From the IMG/VR virus record IMGVR_UViG_3300050016_000100, positions 9,145 through 73,144 of that record: DNA of 64,000 bases. One strand, written 5' to 3'. The position numbers and the translations under genes are program-made. Source of the stretch: a virus. Under the pieces are notes generated by a model. The model worked only from the letters and a program-made list of their open reading frames with translations. It was not told where the DNA came from and ran no database searches. Positions 9,602-19,204 of this stretch are shown in pieces (the stretch's first letter is position 1; every line of letters starts with the position of its first letter).

Positions 9602-11468
9602 CTAATCCTTCAACTGATCGAGTTGTTCTTGCAGGCGATCGCGCTGGGCAAAAGCGTCACCCAATCCACAGGCATAGGGAACGCCCCAAGGCGTCTCTGT
9701 GTTCAGCGGATTCATCTTGAACTGCCGAATATCGCCCTCAAAGACCAGGGTGAAGGCTTCGGTAAATTCCTTTTTATCGCGCGGATCGAGCGGATGGCTT
9801 GGCATCGGGCCTTCTCCTACAACGTGACGCCGAGCTTTTTTAGCTCGGCCTGAATGATCTTTTTGGCGGCGGCGACGATCAACGCGCCGGTCTTGCAATC
9901 GACCACGACCGAAGCATCGTTGTTGTCCACATATCGGTCGCTGGCTAGACCGCCGACTAGAAACTCAAGACCGCGATCAGTGTCATGCTTGCGGCAGGCG
10001 CGAGCGAGTTTGTTCCACCCGCCGAGAGCATCAACCAAAAATCCAGGCCGATAAGCTTCGTTCGCTTTCACGGCGGCCTAATCCTCTAAAACATGCGCGG
10101 CAAAATAGTTGCCAGCCATACAGTCAGCTTGAGACGAATAACCGCTGCGGGTTTTTCCAGTATGGGAAATGACACGACCACCCGGCATCGGCCAATCTGG
10201 ATCATAGCTAACGACCGTGCGCGACTTCAATTCGCGAGAGCCATAGCCCTTGAAGCGGTATGTCTTGCCCACCTGAATGTCGCGCGACTCCATTTGCGGG
10301 CCCTTTCTAACAGGGTTGGCTGACGCGAATTTCGTCAGCGTTGGAGTAGTCGCACAGGTGCAATTCCCAACTCTCGATAGGCTCCATTAGGGCCGCCATC
10401 GAGGCGAGAAACCCACTATCGTTAAAACTGTATTGCTTGTTCTGTTCAGGGTGTGCCGCCAGCCATTCGTCACGCAGCCGCTCAACGTCAATTTCCGCAC
10501 GCGCCAGGAATACTCCCTGCACCATAAAGTCGCTGTAGCAGCCCGAAGTCACGGTAAAGGTCGCGCCCTTTGGGATCGGAACTTGCTTGCTCATTTCCGG
10601 GCTATTTTGACTGATCGAGGCAGAATGTCATAATAATGCGATGCTCATTCCCAACATGAAGTTTTTTGCCTTCGGCTATACAGCCGTCCTCAGTACGGAA
10701 CCCCGGCACTGAACTAATGGCTGCGGCTGGACTAGAATTGTAAAGTCCGCCCTGCGCGAAAGCGATCACAACTAAAATCCATGTCATAGCGGCCTCTCTC
10801 CTTCAATCGAGGGGGTCTGGAATTAGACCAGTTATTTCGCTGTACGTCGACAGCATCATAAGCGGCGGCACTAGAAATATGTCCCACCCGCCATCGTCGC
10901 CTCTAAGCATTGCGATAAGACAGAGAAGGCCCCAGATCGGGAACGCTACGATGTCGAAAACAATCCCGAGCGGCACCCATAACAAGGCCAGCGCCAAGAA
11001 CGGAAGCGATAAAATGAAAATTGCGGATACTCGGGCGGCGTTTTTAAGTGACCAATCCATCGGGGCTATTCCTCTAGGCCGCTACTTGGTTCGGGCAGAC
11101 AAACTTGCAATCGAAAAACCGCTCGATGTTTGGCCGTTCATAAATCTGCAATTCAGCGTGGGGAAACACCGGCCCGACCCATCCGCCGCCCGGCGGCGGC
11201 CCCTCCTTGCGCCAGCGATACGTGCTCTCCATGACCTTGCGCTCTTGCCGGACCGCGCCACACTTTTTGCATTTCGTCACGGCGGCTATCCTGACAATGC
11301 CGTGTCGATCTTATCGAGCAGCGGCTTTAGGGTTTGAGAGTTTTCGGAAAGTAGCTGTTTCTCGACCGCCGCCAACCACGCCCGCGCTTCCACCAACGCC
11401 TCTCGGACCTGCGTATAAGCCTCGCAGGGCTCCGCGCCATCTGGCATCATGCAACCGGGTAACGACAT
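9602..11468 (-). other. Run of tiny leftward hypothetical ORFs (9602-~9805, 9817-10071, 10078-10293, 10307-10594, 10602-10787, 10803-11060, 11074-11280, 11286-11468)
   Basis: Tightly packed, with shared RBS-spacer motifs. Confidence 0.7.
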
Positions 11469-11472
11469 TTCC

Positions 11473-11938
11473 GGCCTCTATATCCAAGTTGATTACGCGA
11501 GAAGCCCCTTGAGAGCTTCAGCGAATTTTCTCGTTTCTTCGTTACCCAGCTCGCGATGACAAAGTTGCTCGCGCTTGCCGTCGTTTTGCGCGGTCGGCTC
11601 TGTCCGGTAGACGCGGAAGGACGTGCGGCCCATCGCGCAAAGAGTAGTGGAAAACTCAATCTCCACCGATCCCCAACGCATCGGTCCCGGCTCACCTTTC
11701 CCGGCTTCGGTCCCGCAATAAAGTGAAACGCTTGCCATGTGTGGGTAATCCTCTAGGTGTGAGCGTGACTTTTCAACCATGCCAAAACTTCGACAACGGC
11801 GGGGTCTGGTTTGTCGGGCCATAGTACCGGGTCAAAGGCTCCGTAACCGCGAATGACCTGATGCTGCGCCTCATATCGCGAAAGTGTCTCGAAGCATTCG
11901 AGGAACCGGGCAATTTGCGCTGCGGTTGGCATGGCGGC
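11473..11938 (-). repeat. Copy 2 of the 466-bp direct duplication
   Basis: Offset 2338 bp from copy 1. Confidence 0.95.
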
Positions 11939-12187
11939 TTCTTCGCCACAGTAAAAGCAATGCCTCATTTTCGGTGCCATCGGATAACCCTTGCTCTTGC
12001 CGGATGCGTTTAGGCGAAGGCCCCATCCGACGCCGGTCGGGTCGATGTTGCAGACGCGTTCACCGGCTGCGAGTGCCGGCTCGATGATCTGGCTCTTGGC
12101 GACCGATGTCTTGCCGCTTCCGTTCATGCCGAGGATGGCGATGTGCTTCTTCAGCGCGGACTCCGGAATCAAGTTCTTCGCCATCAT
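11753..12187 (-). pseudogene. Triple chimera: HerA/DUF87-like ATPase N-terminus + MAPKMRHCFYC fragment + duplicated MPTAAQ gene
   Basis: Walker A GMNGSGKT and IDPTG motif, then abrupt in-frame switches at 11980 and 11938. Confidence 0.75.
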
Positions 12188-12504
12188 GATTCCCCCCCGA
12201 ACCGCTCGAGCGCCTGCTTCACCGTAGGCCAGCGGCCAATCAGTTCCTCAGCGATGCCGACGAGCGCCCCGCGGTCGTAGCCCAGCCTCGTTTTCGAACG
12301 ATGCGCGAACACGATCCTTCGCTCTAGTTCGGCCAATGCGATACTCGGCGCTCCACCCAGGCGGCCGCGCAGGTCTGCGGCGATGGATCGGACGATCCGA
12401 ATCTGACGATAATTGTCCTCGGTGGCGGCTAACCTGCGGAGCGCCTCGATCTGGCGCTCGACCTCGGCGAGCTTTTCCTCCGTCGTGAATGTGTAAAGGG
12501 TCAC
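12184..12504 (-). CDS. Hypothetical phage protein
   Basis: 4-bp overlaps with both neighbours. Confidence 0.7.
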   Translation of the reverse strand: MTLYTFTTEEKLAEVERQIEALRRLAATEDNYRQIRIVRSIAADLRGRLGGAPSIALAELERRIVFAHRSKTRLGYDRGALVGIAEELIGRWPTVKQALERFGGES

Positions 12505-12857
12505 GGGACCAGCTCCGCCGCGGCTTTGATACCTGCATCGGTCAGCTTCCAGACGATGGCCGGACTCCCGCTCGGTGCCGGACGGTGATCTTGTGTCGCG
12601 AAGACGAGGCCGGCATCGCGGAGTTCGCCACGCCGTTTGCCGGCGCTGGTCTGCTGGCGTCCTATGGCGTCCCCGAGTTCGAAGTCGGTTAGGCCGGACG
12701 GCGCATTGGCAAGCGCGAGAAGTGCCTGCTTGCGGACCGTGCGGCGGTTCGACCGGTTGCGGCTCGCTGTCTGGTGGCTGGTCTCCGGATCAGTCGTGCG
12801 GGCGCCGGGACCAACCGAGAAAAGGTCCGGAGCTAGTTTCTCGTGTGTCCGGCTCAT
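12501..12857 (-). CDS. Winged-helix DNA-binding protein
   Basis: ARTTDPETSH; GLTDFEL...KRRGELRDAGLV. Confidence 0.7.
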   Translation of the reverse strand: MSRTHEKLAPDLFSVGPGARTTDPETSHQTASRNRSNRRTVRKQALLALANAPSGLTDFELGDAIGRQQTSAGKRRGELRDAGLVFATQDHRPAPSGSPAIVWKLTDAGIKAAAELVP

Positions 12858-13399
12858 GCCGACCTCCCTGCCTCTTTTTTCAATGTCGCGCGAGTCGTCC
12901 CGGTCATCGTCGCGAGTAGGTCGAGGACGTCGCGCTTTGACTTCTCGAAGGGCTCCTTCGCCATCGATGCCGCGCTCTGCGACTTGGCGGTTCTGACGAT
13001 AACCTTCTTCCCGCTCAGATGGATTCTAGCGTACTCGTCGACGCTCCGAATGAAGGTCGCCAGATTCCGCGCGTGCGATGGCGTGTCGCAATCGAAGTCC
13101 TTCTCGTCGAACCATCCGGTCTCGATCAGCGCCCACTTCCTTAAGTGCTCCGCAGAAGGCCATCGCGCCGCGATTGATTCCGGAAGGTTGTGCCATGCGT
13201 CGTCGATGGCGGCGAAGTATTGGTTATGACTCGCGCGGGATCGCGCCTCGAGGACGACGAGTGGGTAATCCTCATTCTCGTGAAACTGGCGCCGCGCGAC
13301 CTTTTCATATCGGGTCTCCGGCATCATAACGAGCTTGAGTTCGCCGCTATCCGGGAGCGCCGCCCATGTCCACCGAAAGACAACCGGGACCATCCTCAT
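12854..13399 (-). CDS. NinB/DUF1367-like recombination-associated protein
   Basis: RS.ASHNQYFA, EHLRKWALI, KSQS..SM motifs; located beside exo/ERF. Confidence 0.5.
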   Translation of the reverse strand: MRMVPVVFRWTWAALPDSGELKLVMMPETRYEKVARRQFHENEDYPLVVLEARSRASHNQYFAAIDDAWHNLPESIAARWPSAEHLRKWALIETGWFDEKDFDCDTPSHARNLATFIRSVDEYARIHLSGKKVIVRTAKSQSAASMAKEPFEKSKRDVLDLLATMTGTTRATLKKEAGRSA

Positions 13400-14145
13400 C
13401 GCGGGATCGCCTCCTTCGCGACGTCGGCCGGTTTGCGCTTCCCGCCGAGCATCGAGCGGACCTTCTCGACGAGCTGCTTCAGGTCGTAGTCGAAGCGCTC
13501 GATCTCGCTCTCGATCTGCTTGATAAAGGCATCGTCGCGCGCGACGGTAAAGACGAGGGCGCCCGGCATCCCGCGGTAGAAGATCACGAGGTCGACCTCC
13601 TCGAGCTCGGCGACGAGCATCGTCCCCTGGACCTGCGCGCGGTGCTCGGGAGGAATCCCACCGCGCATGAGCTGCTCGATCATCAGGCGCGGAATCTGCG
13701 TCTTGATCTCGAGGCCCTTGGCTCTCTTCGTGAAGTCGTTGACGACGAAGCCGTCCGGCGACGCTCCGACGATCTGCCCGCGCGGGAGCTTGTTACGAAC
13801 GAAGCCGACCCGCTCGACCTCGACGCCTCGGGTGAACGCGTAGTGTTCCCGCGCCTCGGCCTCCATTATCTTGCCGCGCTCCATCGCGGGGCCGGACCAA
13901 TTCTCGGCCGGCTCGCCGGTCAAGAGTTCGCCCGCGAGGTCGTAGAGGAGTTTGCGCCGGGTCAGGCTCTCGCCCCCGTCCTTCCCGGACGCCATGATCG
14001 TCCCGAAGTTCGAGGCGGTCGGGAGGCCGAGCCGGAGTTTTATCCATTCCTCAGAGCCTTGTTCGCAATAGAAAATCTCAGGCGAACTCTTCGTAGAGTT
14101 CTTTGCGTTTGGCCGCATAGATGAGGCGAGCTTCTTCTCGATCAC
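13396..14145 (-). CDS. YqaJ/lambda-like exonuclease
   Basis: QGSEEW..LR.G..TAS, GASPDG, GLEIK, QVQG motifs. Confidence 0.9.
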   Translation of the reverse strand: MIEKKLASSMRPNAKNSTKSSPEIFYCEQGSEEWIKLRLGLPTASNFGTIMASGKDGGESLTRRKLLYDLAGELLTGEPAENWSGPAMERGKIMEAEAREHYAFTRGVEVERVGFVRNKLPRGQIVGASPDGFVVNDFTKRAKGLEIKTQIPRLMIEQLMRGGIPPEHRAQVQGTMLVAELEEVDLVIFYRGMPGALVFTVARDDAFIKQIESEIERFDYDLKQLVEKVRSMLGGKRKPADVAKEAIPR

Positions 14146-15044
14146 TTCTTCGCCTCCGGCGCCTTCGCGCGTGCGGCAGCGTTCGCCTCGTAGCTCCGGA
14201 TCGCCGCGACCGTCTCATCGAACCGCCCGCGCGGTAGTTTCGCGAGGCCGTCGATCTCCGGGTGGCCCTTCGGGCGCGTCTTGTTCATGTGGACGACGAG
14301 CCGATCCTTCGGGCAGCCGGCAGCGTCGGCGAGCGCGATGATCTGCTCTAGCTCGTCTTGCAGGAGCGGGTCGCCAAGGACGACCGGACGCCCGCTCTTC
14401 TTCCCGTCGTCATCTTCGCCCTTGGTGACGATATTGAGGACCGCGCAAGCGGTGTGCCGTTTCGCGTAGCTGACGGACGATGCCCATGCCTGGGCGTTGT
14501 TCTTGCTTCCGGTCGTATCGGCACCGAGGTCGAAGTAGCAGGATTCGTCGGTGTGGCCGTGGCCGATCAGAATGGCAGTGACGCGGACGCGACCATCGGG
14601 TGCGGTCCCGATCCGATGCCGAAGGCCAAAGCCGTACTTGTGCAGTATCGGCTTGATCACCGGCATCATAATTTCCCATTTCGCATACGGGGTGTCCTGC
14701 GACACTTCGCCTGTCCGCTTGCCCGTCGCGTCCTTCTCCCGGACAACAATCGCTCCGCTTTTCGTGACGACCGGGAGCTCCGGTTGCATTTCGATCATCG
14801 CGTGATCGAACGCATCGCGCGCGGCGCGGTTAAGTACCCGCTCTTGGAAGTCAAGGATCGGACCAAGGGTCGCTGCTGCTGCCGGGTTAACCGCAAGCCG
14901 CTCAACCATCGCAAGGAAGTCTCCGCCGAACCGGACCATCGCTATCCGATCAGGTGGAAGCGTCGCGACCTCCTGCTTAGCGACCGGTGGGCTTTCGAAT
15001 AACCAGTCCTCGTCCACCTTCTCATTCACCTGCACCTTCGTCAT
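14142..15044 (-). CDS. erf: ERF-family single-strand annealing protein
   Basis: YA.WE..IKP.L..GF; Q..ASSVSYAKRH....LNI..EDDDG. Confidence 0.85.
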   Translation of the reverse strand: MTKVQVNEKVDEDWLFESPPVAKQEVATLPPDRIAMVRFGGDFLAMVERLAVNPAAAATLGPILDFQERVLNRAARDAFDHAMIEMQPELPVVTKSGAIVVREKDATGKRTGEVSQDTPYAKWEIMMPVIKPILHKYGFGLRHRIGTAPDGRVRVTAILIGHGHTDESCYFDLGADTTGSKNNAQAWASSVSYAKRHTACAVLNIVTKGEDDDGKKSGRPVVLGDPLLQDELEQIIALADAAGCPKDRLVVHMNKTRPKGHPEIDGLAKLPRGRFDETVAAIRSYEANAAARAKAPEAKK

Positions 15045-15064
15045 GATATTCTCCCTGGGTTAAA

Positions 15065-15373
15065 TTATTCTTCGACCTCGGCCATCGGCCATCGATCGGC
15101 CGAGAAAGTAAACTTCGCGTCGATGCTCGGACCCTTTCGGTCGCCATTGAGTGGTGGCGCACCGTTCGCATCGATGAAGGCTGCGAGTGGCGCCACTTGG
15201 GTCGCCCGGACATAGCCGATGTGCTTGCTCTGCGCCCATATTTGAACCGCGTTCCGGTCGAACTTGTTCGACGGCTCGCGGATCAGCGTCAGTGGCTCGC
15301 CCTTCGGTAGCGATGCGACCAAGGCTTCGCTGCCGCGGTGTTTCATGCCGACGATCGAGTAGAGGCCTTTCAT
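15065..15373 (-). CDS. HIRAN domain protein
   Basis: IVGMKHR, L.REPSNKFDRNAV, IGYV. Confidence 0.85.
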   Translation of the reverse strand: MKGLYSIVGMKHRGSEALVASLPKGEPLTLIREPSNKFDRNAVQIWAQSKHIGYVRATQVAPLAAFIDANGAPPLNGDRKGPSIDAKFTFSADRWPMAEVEE

Positions 15374-15375
15374 CT

Positions 15376-15798
15376 TTATCCCCTTTGATGTCCTCTCGGC
15401 GGCTTGAATGTTGCAATCGGCAATGACTCAGCTCGTTCTTTTATGCTCGCGACCTCTACAAGCGTACGGCGGCCGGATTTTTTAGCTTTAAGGACGCCGC
15501 GACGTAAAAGGTCTTCGATGGTCCAGGTAGACTCGCTCGTATAACGCGCTGCGTTTTCTATGCTAAGGAACGCAGGCTCAAGTTGTTCACCACTGAGGGC
15601 TTCGGCGATATGCTCGCAAAGTCCGTATAGCAGTGTCGGGTGAATGTAGGTCTCGTTCGACGCGCCGAGCGTTTTCCCGATGATCTCCTGCGCTTTGCTC
15701 CATTGACCGGAGCTAATCGCGCTCGTCTTGATCGGCAGGTTACCGTCGACGATCTTCCGGGCGACCTCAAGATATTCCTTGTTGGTCACGGTTTTCAT
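15376..15798 (-). CDS. Excisionase-like HTH protein
   Basis: LSIENAA..TI..L...G.L.AKKSGRRTLV. Confidence 0.65.
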   Translation of the reverse strand: MKTVTNKEYLEVARKIVDGNLPIKTSAISSGQWSKAQEIIGKTLGASNETYIHPTLLYGLCEHIAEALSGEQLEPAFLSIENAARYTSESTWTIEDLLRRGVLKAKKSGRRTLVEVASIKERAESLPIATFKPPRGHQRG

Positions 15799-16712
15799 CG
15801 GACGACCGACTTCGGCTTCTTGCCGATGCTCGCCCCGGCCATCTGGACGGTATAGCCGTTATTTTTCGCCCAACCGCGTACCGCCTTCTCGATGGCGTCG
15901 AGGGAGAAGTACGGGCCGAGCGTCACGAAGTCGAGCTTCGTCCGATCCTCGACGAGCGCGTATGGCTCCGTCGTCATCGTTGATAGCGTGCCGTCGCTCC
16001 CGCGCTGGCGCATTAAATCGGCCGGCTTCGCGAGCGTGTCGATATGGGCGGTCTGTGCGGCGCCGGCGGCGACATCGGCATGGGCCGACGCGGCAGATGC
16101 CTTAACTTCCTGGGCTTCGGCGGCGGCGGTCTTCTCCTCGATCTTCGCCGGCGCCCGTGCCCGCTCGGCTTCCTGGCGCCGCGCCTCGGCGGCGGCCAGT
16201 TCCTCAGCCTCCTTCTTACGAGCGATCTCGGCCTCGCGTTCCGCGGCCGCGGCGATCCGATTCAGCTCAGCTTGCTTCTCTGCAAGGATGCGATTGTCGT
16301 AGTCCGTGAGCCTGGCGTTCAGTATGTCGGCAGCGCCGGGCTTGTTCGTCTTGACGCGCCGCGCCAGTTTGTCGATCGGACCGAAGAAAGTTTGATCAAC
16401 GGCTTGGCCGCCGCGATAATACGCCATCTTTTCCTTCTCGTGGAACGCGGTGAGAGCCTTGGCGTGATCGCGGATTCGTTTGATCAGGCTGGTGTACTTG
16501 CCTTTGGTTTCATCGCTGTCGATCTGCTCCGGCAGCGCGCGCGCTTCGTCGAGAAGCGTGGTGGTGAGCGCGAGTGAATCTTTGAACTCGTCGCTCAAGT
16601 ATTCGGTAACCACCTGCGCGAAGTCGCCCTCCTGTTCGGCGATTAGCTTCGGAAGCGGCGGTTGATTATGCCCCATCGGCGGCGGGGCGACGGTCTCAGT
16701 TTTTGCGTCCAT
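15795..16712 (-). CDS. Coiled-coil phage protein
   Basis: GHNQPP N-terminal motif; long Ala/Glu/Lys helix; RBS upstream. Confidence 0.7.
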   Translation of the reverse strand: MDAKTETVAPPPMGHNQPPLPKLIAEQEGDFAQVVTEYLSDEFKDSLALTTTLLDEARALPEQIDSDETKGKYTSLIKRIRDHAKALTAFHEKEKMAYYRGGQAVDQTFFGPIDKLARRVKTNKPGAADILNARLTDYDNRILAEKQAELNRIAAAAEREAEIARKKEAEELAAAEARRQEAERARAPAKIEEKTAAAEAQEVKASAASAHADVAAGAAQTAHIDTLAKPADLMRQRGSDGTLSTMTTEPYALVEDRTKLDFVTLGPYFSLDAIEKAVRGWAKNNGYTVQMAGASIGKKPKSVVR

Positions 16713-16878
16713 CGGTCTCTCCCTTGATGATCTTGATCGCCTTGTTGTAACCCTCGATCTCGCCTTCGCCGCGAGCGATCTCAAGCATCCCGGCGAGCAG
16801 GTCGATCGCGACGCCCGTCGAGCCGCCGCGTATGTAGTCGATGTTGTCCTTCGCGCGCTGCTGCGCCCAGTCGCTCAT
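16696..16878 (-). CDS. Hypothetical protein
   Basis: AAGGAG RBS; overlaps neighbours. Confidence 0.6.
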   Translation of the reverse strand: MSDWAQQRAKDNIDYIRGGSTGVAIDLLAGMLEIARGEGEIEGYNKAIKIIKGETDGRKN

Positions 16879-17453
16879 CGGTTTTCTCCTTCGTTAAAAG
16901 CAGCCGAGGACGCGAGACCGGTCCCGGCCGCTTCCCCCACGTTGGGGCTATCGCGAAAGCCGCGCTTGAACTCGCGCAGCCTGATCTTCTCCGGCGCCGA
17001 CAGGTGGCCGGCCTCGGTGTTGCAAAGGACGCAAGCGAGGAAGATGTTCGAGATGTGGTTCGGGCCGCCGTGAGCCTGCGCGATCAGATGCTCGCGCGTC
17101 CGCGCTTCGGGCGTTCGGAACGCCATCCCGCAATAGAAGCACTCGTCGCCGTCGCGAGCGATCAGCGTCTCGATCACGGGTGGGTTGCGCTTATTGCGCT
17201 GAAGGAAGGCATCGGGCGGCCGCTGCACAGCGAGCCGGAAGTCAGGGTCGTTCTTCTTGAACGCTTCCCACGCCGCCTGCGCCTGCCCGGTGAACGTCCG
17301 CTGACCCGTCAGCTTTTGATAAATGATGGACGTCACGCCGCCGCCCTTGAAGCGGACGACCTCCCACTCGTTCGTCGTGACGAGAAGCTCGGCTCCCCGG
17401 CCGACGAGCCACGCCTTGAAATTGTCGACCTCGTCGCGCTTGCGAGACTTCAC
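16875..17453 (-). CDS. HNH endonuclease
   Basis: RDGDECFYCG..TREHL...GGPNHISNIFLACVLCN. Confidence 0.85.
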   Translation of the reverse strand: MKSRKRDEVDNFKAWLVGRGAELLVTTNEWEVVRFKGGGVTSIIYQKLTGQRTFTGQAQAAWEAFKKNDPDFRLAVQRPPDAFLQRNKRNPPVIETLIARDGDECFYCGMAFRTPEARTREHLIAQAHGGPNHISNIFLACVLCNTEAGHLSAPEKIRLREFKRGFRDSPNVGEAAGTGLASSAAFNEGENR

Positions 17454-17619
17454 AGGATGCTACCGTGCAGGAGAAGGTGGATCGCTGCGAACAGTGACGC
17501 GCTCGCCAACGCGAGGCAGACCAGCAAGACCACGGTCTGCCGGTCCTCCGGCTTGACGCGCCGGAGAGGATTAAATCCATAAGGTGTGTCGGGAGTCAGG
17601 TTCATCGTCCGCCCCTATA

Positions 17620-17744
17620 CGATTCGGTTGCGACGCCCGATCAATATAGTCGACTTTTCTCCCCACGGGAAGGCCCTGCGCGGGTAACCGGGGATAAGTT
17701 GCCCTTGTGCAACACCCGCCACGTCTGCTATTTAGGCGACCGCC
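17620..17744. promoter_or_regulatory. Divergent early control region
   Basis: Strand switch point; TTCCCG-N17-TATATT on the minus strand. Confidence 0.45.
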
Positions 17745-18029
17745 ATGTTCGAGAAGGTGTGCCGAGAGAACCTGATAAAGCTCGCCGACGGCTTCGCCGC
17801 GGCGACCGGCCTCTCGCTCTCGACGGTCGGCCGGAGATTCCACGGCAACCAGGCCTTCTTCACGGAGTTCAAGCGCGGCGAGTGCTCCCTGACCGTCTCG
17901 AAGTACGACGAGATGGTCGAGACCTTCCGGGCAGAATGGCCGAAGGACGCCCATTGGCCGTTCCTCCGGCCCGCGATGATCTCCCGCCCGAAGGGTAAAA
18001 AGTCGCTGGATAACAACTCTCGCCGCTAG
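17745..18029 (+). CDS. Cro-like HTH regulator
   Basis: First rightward gene; AATGLSLSTVGRR..GN..F....G....T....WP pattern. Confidence 0.6.
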   Translation: MFEKVCRENLIKLADGFAAATGLSLSTVGRRFHGNQAFFTEFKRGECSLTVSKYDEMVETFRAEWPKDAHWPFLRPAMISRPKGKKSLDNNSRR

Positions 18030-18063
18030 TGCGGATTTCCCGAATCGCTTAAATCTTCGCTCC

Positions 18064-18279
18064 ATGAGCGACCCGTTCTACGACCGCGACGATCAGGTGA
18101 CCTTCATCCAGGTCCCCCTCGACGACGCTACCTTCGCGTGGGTCATCGAGCTCGCGGAGCTTTGCCACGTCGAGCCGAGGCTCGTCATCGCGGCGATCCT
18201 TCGCGACGTCCGCGTCGACGATCAGACCGAGCACATGAACGAGCCGAGGCGGAGCGGCGGCGGGATACCGTTGCATTGA
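18064..18279 (+). CDS. Hypothetical (RHH-like) protein
   Basis: Short ORF in the rightward operon. Confidence 0.5.
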   Translation: MSDPFYDRDDQVTFIQVPLDDATFAWVIELAELCHVEPRLVIAAILRDVRVDDQTEHMNEPRRSGGGIPLH

Positions 18280-18301
18280 TCCACAACAGAGAAGACGAAC
18301 G

Positions 18302-18769
18302 ATGTCGAAGAACCGGAAGAAGGCGAAGAGCGGAAAGGCGGCACCGAAGCAGGAGCCGGTCAAGTCGTCGGAGGTCACGCAGCAGATCAGCGCCCGGAAG
18401 CTCTGTTCTCTGCTGGCGACAGCGCGCTCGACCTACAAGGACGTCCGCGAGATCGCCGGCGCGTTCGGCGCCGAGGTCAAGAACGCGGCCGAGCACGAGC
18501 ATCTGAACAAGAAGGCGTTCAGCATGGTCAAGACGCTAGACCGGATGGAACCGGAGAAGCTCGCCGACACGCTCGACTCGCTCGACTATTACCTCGACGT
18601 CTCCGGTCTGCGGAAGCGGGCCTCACAGGTCCAACGCCTGCCGATGGGCGGCGGCGATGAGGCGGCCGAGGAAGAACACGACACCGAGCCGGCGCGCGAG
18701 GGCGCGAAGGCCGGTAACGGTCATGCGGACAAACCGATGCCGGCGCCCGTCGGCGCGAGCGCAGACTGA
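18302..18769 (+). CDS. GapR/DUF2312-like DNA-binding protein (tentative)
   Basis: A....LNKKAF..V..L..ME......LD.Y....G pattern. Confidence 0.4.
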   Translation: MSKNRKKAKSGKAAPKQEPVKSSEVTQQISARKLCSLLATARSTYKDVREIAGAFGAEVKNAAEHEHLNKKAFSMVKTLDRMEPEKLADTLDSLDYYLDVSGLRKRASQVQRLPMGGGDEAAEEEHDTEPAREGAKAGNGHADKPMPAPVGASAD

Positions 18770-18772
18770 TCG

Positions 18773-19204
18773 GTGCGGTGGACGGCGAAGCAGCTAGCCG
18801 AGCACGACGCGCGGCGGGGGATCAAACGGCCTCCCGCAGCGCCCGCGTCGAAGACGCCTGGTCACGCCCGGCTCGCGCTCGGGCGCCTCCCGACCGGGAC
18901 GATGAACAAGACCGAGGCGGCCTACGACGCCCGCCTCCGGGAGCTCACCCACGCCGGCGAGGTCCTCTGGCACAAGTTCGAGGGGATCAAGCTCCGGCTC
19001 GCGGATAATACGTTCTACACTTGCGACTTCGCCGTCCTGCCGAGGTCGGGAATCCTTGAGCTGCATGAAGTGAAAGGCGGCTTCTGGACGGACGACGCAC
19101 GGGTAAAGATTAAGGTCGCGGCGGCGCTCTATCCGTTCAAGTTCATCGCGGTTAAGGTCAGGGCGAAGAAGCGCGGCGGCGGCTGGGAGACGGAGGAGTT
19201 CTGA
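18773..19204 (+). CDS. DUF1064-like PD-(D/E)XK endonuclease
   Basis: MNKTEAAY, YTCDF, HEVKGGFW..DARVKIK. Confidence 0.8.
   Translation: MRWTAKQLAEHDARRGIKRPPAAPASKTPGHARLALGRLPTGTMNKTEAAYDARLRELTHAGEVLWHKFEGIKLRLADNTFYTCDFAVLPRSGILELHEVKGGFWTDDARVKIKVAAALYPFKFIAVKVRAKKRGGGWETEEF

Noticed and set aside
9135-11938. DGR template/variable repeat pair
   Set aside because: No reverse transcriptase in the window and only one mismatch between the copies
2889-12187. Integron cassette array
   Set aside because: No IntI and no attC-like GTTRRRY/RYYYAAC hairpins seen; the linkers are RBS-type
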